Source of the DNA: Epiperipatus broadwayi
Lineage: Eukaryota > Animalia > Onychophora
Assembly (NCBI GenBank): GCA_028023455.1
Contig: JAQFVV010000006.1
Span: forward strand, 11,098,001-11,162,000
DNA length: 64,000 nt
Reading direction: 5' to 3'
The position numbers and the translations under genes are program-made. Each line of letters begins with the position of its first letter. Positions within the stretch are counted from its first letter, which is position 1. This document shows, piece by piece, positions 13,001-25,959 of the stretch. The notes under the pieces are model-generated. The model was given only the letters and a program-made list of their open reading frames with translations, made no database searches and was not told where the DNA came from.

Positions 13001-13595
13001 CAATGCATACTATTTCTACAAATAATTTTTTTTTTCTTATAGTTTCAACTAATCAGTAGTCTTCAGAACTACAAAATATTTAAATACACGTGACTACATA
13101 GAAACAATATATTACAATTATTTGTAAAAACAATACAATTGTACTGAATAAAGTGTAAATGAAAGTTATTAATTATATTTATTATAATCAATGCATAAAA
13201 AATAAGTATTTCAAAATGAGAAACGTAATCCCATTTTATTGTTTGTTTTTATTTTCAATTTAATTCCATTACACGGTAGCAACAACTTTATAATAAGTGT
13301 AGAGGAGTTTTCTCTGAATGAAGTCTAATGAGAAACTAATACACAACGAACAAAAACTGATTGCACTGCCATCTAGTATTTATTAAATAATCACATATCT
13401 GGAAATAGATGTCACTAGAGTATAAATTTTTGTTAAATCTATTAATAGTAATATATTTAAATATTTTTTTTTTTTTAAAATAGGTATGGTTAATCAAAAT
13501 AGAAATATTTTTTACTTATCTCTATGAAATTATTTTAAATAACTTTAGATCCCTTTGCAATATATTTAAATGAGATTTTTAAACTGCTTTTGTAC

Positions 13596-14370
13596 TTACC
13601 GTATTCACTGGCATATAGGATGCAGTGGTGTATAAGACTTTTCCTTTTTTTATCATGAATTTCCATAATGATTTACTGTACTAATTTCATAGTTATTTAT
13701 ATCTATAAAAAATGTAACTAGTAAACACTGTAGTTAGTTACTTTTAATTGTCATCATCAAAACCTAGAAATTCATCTCCAGAACTAAATGAAGAATCACA
13801 TGAAGCCTCTTCTTCAGAAACCGAGTCTTCATATAACAAATCATCCACTGTCCATCAAGGGAGTTACTAATTCCACATTCCTTAAATGACTGTTTCACAG
13901 CACTCCATGAAGTTTTGACCCATCCACAAATCTATGAAATGCAAGTTCTCTTCCTTCTTGCTAATGGTGTCATTTCAAAATCTGTAGGCTGCATCCAACT
14001 GTTCCATTTTTCCTTCATGGATGCTTTAAATGGCTTATTAATGCAGACATCTAAAGATTGAAGCTGGCTTGTTAGGCTACCTGGAATTAAAGAATTGAGT
14101 TTTCGGTTGATTTTATTTTTCAACGCTTCTGTTCTGCGACTCCAAAACTGATCCCATACTAGCAAGGCTGGTTTCTTTAACAGTCCACCAGGATGGCTAG
14201 ACCACACACTGTCTATCCACAATTGCATCCATCCAGCACTTAGGATGAATGTACATAAACACACCTTTATATATATATATTAATGTAAACAAGAAATTTT
14301 AGACTGATTGAAATTTCAACTCTTAATTTTGATTACCTGCCGCATAAGACACCCCTCACATTTTAAGCTT
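13596..14370 (-). mobile_element. pogo-family DNA transposon remnant (DDE_1 transposase C-terminal half)
   Basis: ORF 13932-14264 contains WIDSVWSSHPGGLLKKPALLVWDQF...IPGSLTSQLQSLDVCINKPFKASMKEKW. An acidic tail follows in another frame. Terminal TACCGTATTCACTGGCATATAGG at 13596. Confidence 0.85.
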
Positions 14371-14380
14371 ATTTAAATGT

Positions 14381-14520
14381 TGATAAACAGAGCAAAACTC
14401 TCCATACAGTATTGCCACCTGTGCTAAACAGAGTAATCAATGGATGCCAGAAGGCTTGTGCATAAAATCCCTATCTAATGCCTACTCATCCAATATCCCC
14501 AGACCATGTGATGCTTAATG
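14381..14520 (-). mobile_element. Short family A insertion bounded at the predicted hammerhead cleavage site
   Basis: 14-bp direct repeat GCTTATTTAAATGT at 14367-14380 and 14521-14534. Homology stops at GTC/TGGGGATATT (~14502) and is followed by a 17-nt inverted piece. Confidence 0.8.
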
Positions 14521-15469
14521 GCTTATTTAAATGTCATATATGCCTGAAAATATGATAAATTTTGTGCATATGCAAATAATTTTGCAATTGTAGCATCTGA
14601 TTATTTTGATCATCTGGAAATTTGTGTTGTGTGCGATTTATCTATTATGGAAGATTGGTCAAGTTTAAAAATCTTCATTATAAGTGTAAATAAACTTAAG
14701 TGATTGTTTGGTTTTAATACTAGCATATTGTATCAGTGCTATAAATATTAACTGTTTTCGATGGCAATATCTGTTTCTCAAGTTATTTTCATCTTGGAGT
14801 GACAATGGACTATCTGAAGTCCTAGTAATATTCTTTGAAATTTATGAAGTCATATTATCGGAGGTACAAATACTTACGTGCTCTCTCCACTTTACATATT
14901 TCAGAACCATACTTCGGATATTACATCAGATAGAAGGTGCATAGATACAATGTAAGGTTTATTTTTTAAAACATTTATACAATATATCAAATTTAGACAA
15001 TTGTATTAGAAAAACATTGATTGTATATATTAGAACTTATTTTTATTTTACATACATATTTCTTACTATGCACAATTAATATATCAAATTTGTGTAAAGC
15101 AATTGAGACATAACACATATCTCAGCTGAATGCCCTTTAGCTGATGGATGTTTACTGTTTCGCCCAGCGGTAATAAATCATTCAACATTTGATATTTCTT
15201 TAGAGAATTATTGTAAAAGAAAGGCAATTGGCAAAATAAAATTTTGTTATGATACAAATAAGGTACTTTATCAAACGTCTTCATAAACTAAATGAGACAG
15301 AATGTAACCTGGTGAATTAATGGCTGACGATCAAGTTTAAAAGAATTTTATAAATTCCATTCTGTTTCTGGATTTGTAATTTAACAATCATAAATGTCTA
15401 CATCATAATCATCCACATGTGTTTGGATGAAATCCTAGAGGAGAGGGAATTTAAAAGAAATTTGCCTAT

Positions 15470-15860
15470 GTGTTTGAAAAGCAAGTTTCTTAATAGATAC
15501 GTCATACTTGTTCTTACTTAATGATCTGAAACTTGGACATTTAATATAAAAGCAATTTAGACTTTGGACCACTCAATGAAATATGGAGAGATGTATGTTA
15601 GGAGTAATAAAAAAAGTCCAAAAGCAAAATAATTAGGTGAGCGAATCATATATCTCTGACAACATTCAAAGAATTAAGACTGAAATGGACAGCATGACAT
15701 ATTGCTAGAAAAGATGGTAATAGATGGGCATGTGAAGCCTAAAACTTGATACCATGAGATTGTAAATGATCTAGAAAGTGACTGCATGTGAGATGGATGA
15801 ATGAAATAAGGAAATTTGTTGGAGTAATGTCAAAAGGCTATGGATCATTAGGAAGTTGAT
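15470..15860 (+). mobile_element. Decayed RTE-clade LINE 3' fragment
   Basis: Broken translation LPMCLKSK...SETWTF...HIARKDGNRW...RWMNEIRKFVG; related to 28685-28860 and 48470-48745. Confidence 0.7.
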
Positions 15861-17503
15861 TAATAATGATTTATAAAAGGTGATGATGGTGAAGTGAACT
15901 AAGTTTAAACTCTAAAAATCTATTTCTACTTGATAATTAATATAATTCACATCATCTTTTTACAAATACCAAACTCTTAAATTACATTTGTACGATATTT
16001 AACTATAGTTTACATATCCTTAATTTTACATTTACATACCATTACTCAGAGTAATTCTCTGTTTGTTTTATTCTGGAACTATTTTAACTTTGAATAATCA
16101 ATGTACACTGAATAGTAATGTTATAAAGAGCAGTTCCAAGAGTGACGCCATGACACAAGGCCCCGTATTTATCATGACCCTAGTCCTGCCTAATTTACGT
16201 CTTTTATGAAAATAAAATATTTTTTAATACTTGTCAAATGTAATTACATTTCCTTTATTTTTTTTGCCAAACTCTATAATTTGTAAACCCTACAATGCGT
16301 ATCACATGCAATGTAATACAATCGTACAAGCAACAGCACAGATTCTTCAGCTATGTACATATATACCTGTGTTGCAATGTTCTGATCATGTTAATGTGAA
16401 ATCAGCATAAGTCTAAAATGATTTTATCCATTAGCAATTCTATCTATTAAATGTGAATTTGCAAAAAAAAATTAAATTATGACAATGTTATTAACGGGTT
16501 CGCAATAAACCTTTAAAAAAATAAAATACAATATTTTGCATTCTGTATAATTATTTTCTCAAATATAGATTCAATAAAATTACTCAGTCATATTTATAAA
16601 TAAGTAATTATTTGTACATTTATAAGTATCAATTTGTGTAATTTTATTGAATTAATATTTGAATAAACAAAATAAAATACATATAACACTAAAAATTATA
16701 TTATTTTCTAGAGTTTTTTTTTTTTAGCAAATTCTGATTCAAAATATATAAAAATTTTAACAGAGTTCTTGATTTGATTTATATCAATTATAAAGCAATA
16801 TACATCTGCAAATAAGTTGTTTTTTTTTTTAAATATCTAATTGTTTTTATTATATGTAGAAGATCTCCCTCCTTCGAATTGAAAACATTCCATTGGGTTC
16901 GGCTTTTTCTCTGGCTGGTTCTGATGTAACTAAATCTCCTGATTAGTGTCCGACTATTGGCCATTTTCAGTATGAAACAACACTGTATTCACATATCTAG
17001 TACCCACATAAATACATCATACATTTTGTATTAAATATAAAGCCTTAAGCTTCCCTATCGCACTACTGTGGTCGTACTTTAAGTACATTTTCTTTTAGCT
17101 ATCGTATCATTTCAGCTTGTATTTTTAATTTTCTAAAATTCTATAATTTTACATTAACTCTGCAAAAGTCACAGCTGACGTAAGAGCGAATAAACTCTTT
17201 TCTTAAATATTGTTACTAATATCAGCTGCATAAATTCAATATGATTAGCTATACATTCTTGATTCATGTTAGCCAAATGTTTAAACTGATAGTTTAGTTA
17301 TAACATACTTCATAATATGATATTCAATAGTAAATTGTATCTAAGATATCATAAAATATGGAATCAGTAAACTAAGTTTTGTTATAATATACTTCACAGC
17401 ATGATATTCAGTTGTAAATTGTATCTGAGATATCACAAACTCTGAAGTCAATAATTGGTGTAGTTGAGAAAAAGATTTGCGCTTTGAGCATAGCAATACT
17501 GAG

Positions 17504-17727
17504 ATGTTAAACCACTAAATATCACATGATCACCATTTCTTATGCTTGCTCATAAGTGTTCTCAGATCCAAGGCTCCTTACAGATGAAAGACACAAGCTA
17601 GAAACTAGGCTGGAGATATTGGGTGAGCAGGCACTAGATAGGGATTTTATGCACAAGCCTTCTGGCATCCATTGATTACTCTAGCTTGCACTGAATGGCA
17701 CTACTGTATGGAGAGTTTTGCCCGTTT
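17504..17727 (+). mobile_element. Family A insertion with an inverted left piece
   Basis: Inverted piece 17504-17555, then a sense piece with mutated core (CAGATGA). Direct repeat CAATACTGAG at 17494-17503 and 17728-17737. Confidence 0.78.
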
Positions 17728-18520
17728 CAATACTGAGGTGACTATTACAAAGGTTTTCTAATATAGTGAGGATTCTGGCCAATTACTGTTAGACATTTTT
17801 TGGTTATATTTTCTAACAATATCCATGTTTCCATCATGTGAAAATTTTTTATTCTTGATATTTTTATATTTCTTTGGTAAATAATTTCTTGCCTATAATT
17901 GAAAATAAATTTTAAAAATATATTTTATTATGCAATAAATGCTAATTTACTGTGTTTTTATATTTTTTCCCATTTCAGCACATACCAAAACCTATCACTC
18001 ATGTGACCTGTAAACCTTTTTTGACCACAACTTCACAGGATAACTAAAATTTAATTTTAAAGTAAAAACAAGTTGTTTTTATTGAATTTTGAGTGCATTT
18101 AATATAGTTTATACACCAATAATATCAACAATTTTCTTAGATGCGAACTCGTGTGCTTCCAAGGACTAGAGAGAGGAATTTTAAAGCAGTATGTCATCTG
18201 ATATCGTTTAATTACTCAAGTTTACCTTAAATGACTCTAGAGTTGGATAGTTTTATAGAATAAATTTAAAATTATTAACATCAAAAGAACTTTATTTTGT
18301 TTTAAAAAAATAAAAGTATTTTATTTGCTTCATTTCAAAAATACATTTCCACCACACTTATTGAGACAATAATGGCATTGACTATTTCTTAAAAAATCGT
18401 ACAGAATGTTAAATATGTACATACAACTTCAGATAAAAATATGTTGAATCTTTAGTAAAATATATATATATAATAAGTCCTGGATACACAAAATAAGTGC
18501 ATTTTAATGAAATACCATTT

Positions 18521-18526
18521 TTTATT
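18521..18526 (-). promoter_or_regulatory. Candidate polyadenylation signal of the PXMP2-like gene
   Basis: AATAAA on the minus strand ~115 nt after the stop codon; such hexamers are common in AT-rich DNA. Confidence 0.35.
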
Positions 18527-18641
18527 GAAGTTACACAGTATATGGTTTGTTCAGTTTGTTTAATATTTCAAATTATTTTTATATCATATTATTATTAAAC
18601 TGCCAGTTAATTATTTAATTGCTCATTAAGAAGTTCAAAGT

Positions 18642-18710
18642 TTAGCCTCTCTTCTGGGAGATGTAGACATTCCACATCAGGGAAAATAAGCTTGCTGCCA
18701 GGTGGCGATA
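18642..18710 (-). CDS. PXMP2: PXMP2-like (Mpv17/PMP22 family) exon 5, terminal
   Basis: ttatttcag acceptor, phase 0; YRHLAASLFSLMWNVYISQKRG*, matching the family C-terminal helix. Confidence 0.82.
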   Translation of the reverse strand, partial: YRHLAASLFSLMWNVYISQKRG

Positions 18711-18791
18711 CTGAAATAAGATATAGAAAATATTATTCACAAAACAAAATAGAAGTGTTAATTACTACAATTGTTATTACTTGTTTGCCTC

Positions 18792-19090
18792 ATGTGATCA
18801 CGATTCTTTAGGTTTACACAATGTTTTTCATAGAGGCAAAATTCTCCATACAGGAGCGCAACTCATTGCAAACCAGTTAGCTAAAAAAGTAAAAGGTGAC
18901 TGCTGGAGGATTGCATTAGATCCTAAGATCTAGGTGCAGTGCTCTCAAATCCAAAGCTCCTCACTGATAAAAGCCACAAGCTAGAAACTAGTCTGTGGAT
19001 ATTGGATAAGTAGACACTAGATAGGAATTTTATGCACAAATCTTCCTGCATTCATTGATTACTCTGGTTTGCACTGAGTGGCACTACTAT
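18792..19090 (+). mobile_element. Family A insertion with an inverted left piece, ~80 bp from the last PXMP2 acceptor
   Basis: 16-bp direct repeat ATTACTTGTTTGCCTC at 18776-18791 and 19091-19106. Inverted piece 18792-18870; sense piece core CTGATAA (G8 mutated). Confidence 0.82.
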
Positions 19091-20269
19091 ATTACTTGTT
19101 TGCCTCTTTTCAGAATATAAAGTGTGATGTTAGTGAGATATAATTCACTGCTAAACTATTATTATCAATAATCATTGTCTTATAAGTTGTAAAGAATTCT
19201 TAAATTATTTGGGAAGTCATGTGATATCCGTGCATCAAAAGTGATTGGGTGAGCTTTGATCCAGCAATCTTCACCCTTTGGTTCCTTCACGTTATCACTG
19301 TGCTAAATCCCAAAAAATAATAAAAAATACATTATTAAACCAATCACTATCTAATCATAGGATTGGACACAAAACATCAAAAACAAGAACAAATTGAATA
19401 TTTCCTTAAAAAGCGATGATTCATATACAAAGTAATGAAATCATCGTGTCAAGACAAAATTTAGAATTTATATATATACATTAAATTAGCATATTTTAAT
19501 GTCTGTAATTAATGGAGGAAACAATTCTTCTGTCAAGCTATGAATCAATAATACTACCAACTTAATAATTGTCGATGCCATTTTTTCATCTGATATATTG
19601 ATTTTAGTGTGTATTTCCATCAATGTTGGTAAGAAAACAAGATAAACAACAAAAGCTTAAAGAAAATGTGGATCCATTTTATTCTTGATCATTTGGCAAC
19701 AGTGTTATTTGCTAAAACAGATAAAATGGGATCATATGATTTTAGTGGTTTAATACCAATCCTGCCTAATAAGTGATCATATGATGTGTTATTTGTTCAT
19801 AGTCTAAGGGGAGAGTGTTTTGTTCCATTAACTACATATATATATATACAAGCACTGAAAACTCCTAGTGAGCTATAAGTAAACTAAACTATCAATAAAA
19901 TGTAGAATAAGGCCCACCTATATTTTAGCTCCAATTGTAGATAAGGATACCATTTACTGACATATTTAGACATGGAGCTTGATTTTTATATATTAGCTTA
20001 ATTTCAAGAGTTATAAGCTATCATGAAATTACTATAAACATCTAGAGGGAAAGGCTGAGCCTTCATTTTTAAACCTCTCTTAATTTTAAATTAATCTTCA
20101 GTTAATAGACGTAAATATAACCTTTAATAGTCTGAAATATAAATGAAATAATCTTACTTTTACCTTTGTTTATATATATGTAGTCTATTCATACTTTTCA
20201 TTTAGATTGCTAATAGGTTTAATACTAAATTTACATCAACACTTATACAACTCCAATATCAATAAAAAT

Positions 20270-20520
20270 CAACAATCTCAACCTGTTGTCAAGGCAACCT
20301 CCTTTTAACAATATATATATATATATGTACATAATCATTAAAAACCATTTAACACTTAGACAATCCCAATATAATAACAATCAACAATTTCAGTTGTCAA
20401 GGCAATCTTTCAACAATAAGGGTGGAATCCCTTATTAAAAGGTTGCCATGACAACACCTAAAAATTGTTATTGATATTGGGATTGTTTAAATGTTGACTG
20501 GTTTTTAATGATTACTTATA
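20270..20520. repeat. Dispersed repeat in direct and inverted copies carrying GTTGTCAAGGCAAC/GTTGCCATGACAAC
   Basis: Direct copies near 20270 and 20380, inverted copy 20440-20520; related segment at 63385-63460. Confidence 0.6.
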
Positions 20521-21064
20521 AACCCATTTAGCCTTGAGAATTATTGCACCCAATATATATATATATGTGTAACAATAAAATAATAAGAAAAATTAATTAA
20601 CAAACTCAACATTAATTGCAATTTCTTATTTTTTTATCTCCATCAATATTTATTTAGCAGTAATTCTAACAGTAATACACAACTCTAAGATTATAAATTT
20701 ATTCATGGATCAAACAAGACAATGCATCATTACAATAATTCACCTGCAAGATCCTAAAGAACTATTTAAATGAATATGTAATTCCCATCTTTTGTTCAAA
20801 AATAATATATCAAGACAAAATTTAGAATTTTTATATGTAAACATTAAATTAGGATAACTCTAAAATATATGTACTTAATGGAATAAACCATAAATAACAC
20901 TATGAATTTATATCTTTATCTGACAAATTAGATTGTCATTGATATAATAAAAAGGATGACATTATTTGCAAGTTCATTTAAATGATTCTTTGGAAATCTT
21001 TGTGAATTATCTTAGAAATGTATTCGGGCTAGTTTGTTCTATTAATAGGTTTATTTACTTAGCA

Positions 21065-21990
21065 TATGGATTTTTGGTACTTGCGAGTTTTCAAGTAAAC
21101 CAAGATGGCAGCCTATATTTTTGAAAAATGTACAGTTTCAAGGGCCTATAATCTATCAATCATGTGTTAGTTGTTGAATCAAAACACACAAGGTAAAGAA
21201 TGACTTCTATTGCTTTTAACACCTTGTGGAGGAATGTAATTAGAAACATATGGCCAAAGATGTATGAAAAAGGTAGATCTTTTTCAAATGTCTTTGGTCA
21301 TATGTTTAGGATTACATCCCTCCACAAGGTGTTAAAAGTGGATAGAAACCAATATTAGATCTCTAGTCTAATGAGTGACTAATAAAAATTATTAACATTT
21401 ATAAATCGATTAAATTTAAAAAAGAAATAAAATTACAGTAAATGTCATTTAGAAACTCCATTTCAATTTTTTTTTTTACTTACAATGTAGAGGTGATGGT
21501 ATACCTTAACATTGTCATACTTTGGTTCAGTTCAGTATGTTTCTTTATGTCAGCAGTGTTTTTTTTTTGGTAAATTGTCATAATGATAAAAATTTGGGAC
21601 CTTCCTGCCACAGAACATGAGCCATTGGACTATTTCCAAAAGTACAGGATCCTCTCTCCCAAAAAGTGTGTGTTAATGGTCAAGATATGACTGCATGCCA
21701 TCAATACAAATAAAGTGTAAATATTGCATTTATATTTTTTTACCATTTTTCTGTTAACAATTTAATTTTTAAAAAAAACTAAATATATTGTAATTAATTT
21801 TTCCACAACGATTTTTTTTTAAAAAATAACAGTAATAAAAAATAAAATGTACATATTAATATATTTTGTAGCATGCATTTTTTTATAAACATTTCTGGGG
21901 GCCCTCGAAACTATAGACTTATCAAAAATATGGGCTGCCATCTTGGTTTACTTGAAAACTCACATGTACCAGATTTTTTTTAAGCCAAAA
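21065..21990. mobile_element. DNA-transposon-like element with ~80-bp TIRs and a nested family B2 palindrome (21200-21390)
   Basis: GGTACTTGCGAGTTTTCAAGTAAACCAAGATGGCAGCC is mirrored by GGCTGCCATCTTGGTTTACTTGAAAACTCACATGTACC. Internal CTTTTAACACCTTGTGGAGG...AGATCT...CCTCCACAAGGTGTTAAAAG. Confidence 0.7.
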
Positions 21991-22099
21991 TACTTCAATT
22001 ATTAGCAAAATATTATAGAAGAACCTATATGAATTCCAACCAGAAGATGAATTCACTAATAGTTTATTAAGTCTTCCAATAATAACTCTGTAAACCATA

Positions 22100-22720
22100 G
22101 GTTAATAGTCATTAACTAGGTGGTTCATTTATATTTGGTCACAATTGCATAGACCATTGGCTATTACATTCCTTTTATGTAGTAGATTAAGCACAATGAC
22201 TATAGGTACTCCCTGAATCTACTGATAAGTTTCCAGTTGGCTTTATTGTTAAATCCGCAAAAAAATTGTTTGGAACCTCATGAGAATACGATTTTTTATT
22301 ACGACATAATTTTTCAGTGGTAGATTCTTGGTTGAAAATCCTGAAAAAGAATTTTGAGATGAGTTTCATGTGATGAAACTATATCTTGAGTTATTGGCAA
22401 TCCAATCTACTTAATAGTTTTCTCAACAATACATAAAATTTACTTTTCCTAGGCAATTGTAATTGACGTTTAAGCACTTGGAGACACTGTTAATCTTTTT
22501 CTTACTCAGTGTCTCCAAGTGCTTCAATGTTAATTGTTTATAAATTTTCTGTCTGACAACTTCTCTTCTGACATCTAGCAAAGAAATCTATAAAAGAATA
22601 GGAACCTTGGCAAAAGAGTAGATTTGAGGATTCCAATAATATTTTTATTTGACAAACTTGCTCATTGGAACATGTTTTTAAAGAGTTGATTTATATCTTG
22701 GCTACAAGAAGGCTTTTATT
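22100..22720 (-). mobile_element. Highly decayed reverse-transcriptase-like remnant, possibly Penelope-type; related copy at 51780-52150
   Basis: Shared blocks with 51970-52140 (TTTGAGATGAGTTT...TATATCTT). The 51.8-kb copy reads IFLDVIV on the minus strand. Many stops and frameshifts. Confidence 0.35.
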
Positions 22721-23095
22721 AATAACAAATTTTTCTAATAGTCCATATTGGCTACTTTTGCCGAGACACTAGTTTGATAGCAGTGATAACTGGGATTAAG
22801 TTTTTCATTTGTTACTGGTAATTTTAAATTTCTAAAGGAATGTGCATATTATTGCATATATTAGTTTTGACGTAATATTAACATGATGAAATCCTATTTT
22901 AATAATGTTATCTTTCAATTTTTTCATTCTCATTGCTTTCTTAAAATTGCAAAATTCATACTGAATGATTGCAGCATTCTCATAAAAACAATATGAATTG
23001 ATATTTCTTTCCATATTTATATGACAACTATATTTTTCTTAAAACATTTATAAAAGAATAAACATATATTTTGAATTGTACAATTCAAAAGGTAA

Positions 23096-24679
23096 AATCA
23101 CAAACAATCTTGTGTTTTCATTTTGGACTCGTAGCTTTGTAGTTAACTAAATACATAAAAAGTGGCTACTGGAGGATTGCATTAGAGCGTAAGATCTAAG
23201 TGCAGTGCTCTCAGATTCAAGGCTTCTCGATAATGAAAGCCACAAGCTAGAAACTAATCTGGGGATACTGAATGAGTAGGCACTAGATAGGTATTTTATG
23301 CATAAATCCCTGTATCCATTGATTACTCTAGGTTGCACTGAGTGGCACTATTGTATGGAGAGTTTTGCCTCCATAAGAACAGCTTGTGTAAGCATAAAAA
23401 ATGGTGATTATGTGATGTTTGATGGCTTAATGCCAATCCTGCCCAATAGGGTTATGGTGACTGTGGTTATTAAAGAACCAAAAAACATGGATGCTGAATT
23501 GAGTTCAGATCTATATGAATATACAAGCTAATAAGCTTAGCTTGAAAACATTATTCTGTTTTCATTTTCGACTCGAAGCTTTATAGTTAGCTAAAAAGGT
23601 AAAAGATAGCTTTGGAGGGTTGCATTAGATCCTAAGATCTAGGTGCAGTGCTCTCAGATTCAAGGCTTCTCGATAATGAAAGCCACAAGCTAGAAACTAA
23701 TCTGGGGATACTGAATGAGTAGGCACTACATAGGTATTTTATGCATAAATCCCTGTATCCATTGATTACTCTGGGTTGCACTGAGTGGCACTATTGTATG
23801 GAGAGTTTTGCCTCTATAAGAACAGCTTGTGTAAGCATAAAAAATTGTGATTATGTGATGTTTGATGGTTTAATGCCAATCTTGCCCAATAGGGTTATGG
23901 TGACTGGCTATTAAAGAACCAAAGACACCAAACAATATGGATGCTGAACTGAGTTCAGATCTATATGACAATACAAGATAATAAGCTTAGCTTGAAAACA
24001 TTCTGTTTTCATTTTGGATTCAAAGCTTTATAGTTAGCTAAAAAAAAATAAGGGTGGCTGCTGGAGGGTTACACTAGATCCTAAGATCTATGTGCAGTGT
24101 TCCCAGATTCAAGACCCTCCCCCCCACTGATGAAAGCCACAAGTTAGAAACTAGTCTGGGGATATTGTATGAGTAGGCATTAGATAGGGATTTTATGCAT
24201 AGATCTCTGTATCCATAGATTATTCTGGCTTGCAATGCATGGCAGTACTCTATGGAGAGTTTGCCACTATCTTGACAGCTTGTGTAAACATAGGAAATGG
24301 TGATCATGAGGTGGTTAGTGATTTAATACCATTCCTGCCCATGGGATGGTGACTGTGGTTATTAAAGAACCAAAGACATCAAAATGTGTAAAATACTGAA
24401 CTGGGTTCATATCTATATGATTGTACAAGTAAATGAGCTTGGATTGAAAACATGTTTTTCATTTTAAACTCAGCTTTATACTTAACTAAAAAGATAAAAG
24501 GTTGCCACTAGAGAATTGCATTACATCCTAAGATCTCTATAGTGCTCTCAGATCCAAAGCTCCTCACTGATGAAAGCCACAAGCTAGAAACTGGTTAGGG
24601 GAAATTAGATTGGGATTTTATGCAGAAACCTTGCATCCACTGATTACTCTGGCTTCCACTGGGTGTTTTTTACTGTCAT
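23096..24679 (+). mobile_element. Family A head-to-tail array, about 3.5 monomers of 443-449 bp
   Basis: GCAGTGCTCTCAG landmarks at 23202, 23645, 24094 and ~24539. Best core CCCCA CTGATGA AAGC CACAA GTTA GAAA CTAGTC TGGGG at 24122-24161. Flanks AATTCAAAAGGTAA (23082-23095) and AATTCAAAAGATAA (24680-24693). Confidence 0.88.
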
Positions 24680-25309
24680 AATTCAAAAGATAATCTTATG
24701 AAAAAAATTTAATGTTATGAAACTATTGAAAGTGCGCAAATCCTTGTTGCAAGAGAATATATTACAATTAGACAAGGGTAAATTTAAATATAAAAATCAA
24801 ATAGCACTTCCACCAATATTATCATTCAAAACAGACCAGATGGAACCACATATTTAACTCTGATAATATCAGCATAGTGTGTGAAAAAGAGACCATTGGT
24901 GGTACATTTTTAATTCAAGTCACGCCTTCAATCAGCATACCAATAATATTAATCTACATCAAAGTTTGAATTTTAATTGTTTGATCCTTTAACATTATTT
25001 TAATATTGGCCATGAAATTTATGATGTGAAAGAAATAAAAAACTCATTTAGTAACTTAGTTTGAAAGTACATCTTAGTCTGTATTAAAAGTTTCTTAAGG
25101 TTATTAATAATATTATTTATATATATATATCATTATCATTGTCAACCATTATCAATTCACTACAGGATGGTCTCTTTAAGTTTATTCCATCTTCTCTGAT
25201 ATCTAGCCTCTCTTCTCTACACCCCCCCCCCTTACATTCTTTCTTATTTCATTCATCCATCTCACAAGTTGTCTCTTTCTGGGTCTTTTAAATATATATA
25301 TATATTAAT

Positions 25310-25570
25310 ATAAGCAAATAATAATAGCATATTTCTAGGCACTTTACATATTACAAATGTAATACTTTATTATTTCACACTTTCAAAACAGATAGTTTTG
25401 ACTGTCTCATGAACTTCTTCAGTTTCTTTCACTACCTAAAAAAAAGAGTCTGGAAAAAAGACGCTCTGAAGATTAACAGGCAGTCAAAAATGTCAACTAT
25501 TTTTGGAAGTACGAAATAACATTACTTCATTGTGTAAAGTACATAGAAAAATGTGTATATAGTATTAATA
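25310..25570. repeat. Inverted repeat with divergent hammerhead-like remnants (family C)
   Basis: Both arms carry CTGAAGA...CAGTC AAAA; flanks CATATTTCTAGGCACTTTACA and TGTAAAGTACATAGAAAAATG mirror each other. Confidence 0.55.
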
Positions 25571-25959
25571 TAATCGATATAGAAAAGTTAGTGAAAGAAA
25601 AGAACACTTAATATTTTCTTCAAATACTGTATACATAGCAGCAGTTGACAATAATATCTGCTCACTTAATGTGATTCTCATTAATGGTACACTATTAAAT
25701 TATACTCACTCATTATTTCAGAGGTTCTCTCTTCAATAGTGATTCACTATAATAGCACTACTTCTAAATTATGTGCACTCATTACTTTGATGAGGGTTTT
25801 TTGGGGGCAATATGCAGTCTGAGATTAAGCGTCATATACCATTCATGCATTTTGTGGATCTCCACAATGTATTTGTGTTTGTGAGATTGGCATTTAAGTC
25901 TAGTGCTTGTGATAAAAAGAAAACTTTAAGCATCTTATTATATCTCTCATCATCTATGC

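Noticed and set aside
16861-16965. GC-richer segment with a plus-strand acceptor and short open frames
   Set aside because: No recognisable protein and no partner exons found on either strand.
23147-24307. Short ORFs inside family A repeats (also 2240-2446 and 2687-2899)
   Set aside because: They occur on both strands with different starts and stops between copies, so they are not conserved coding frames.
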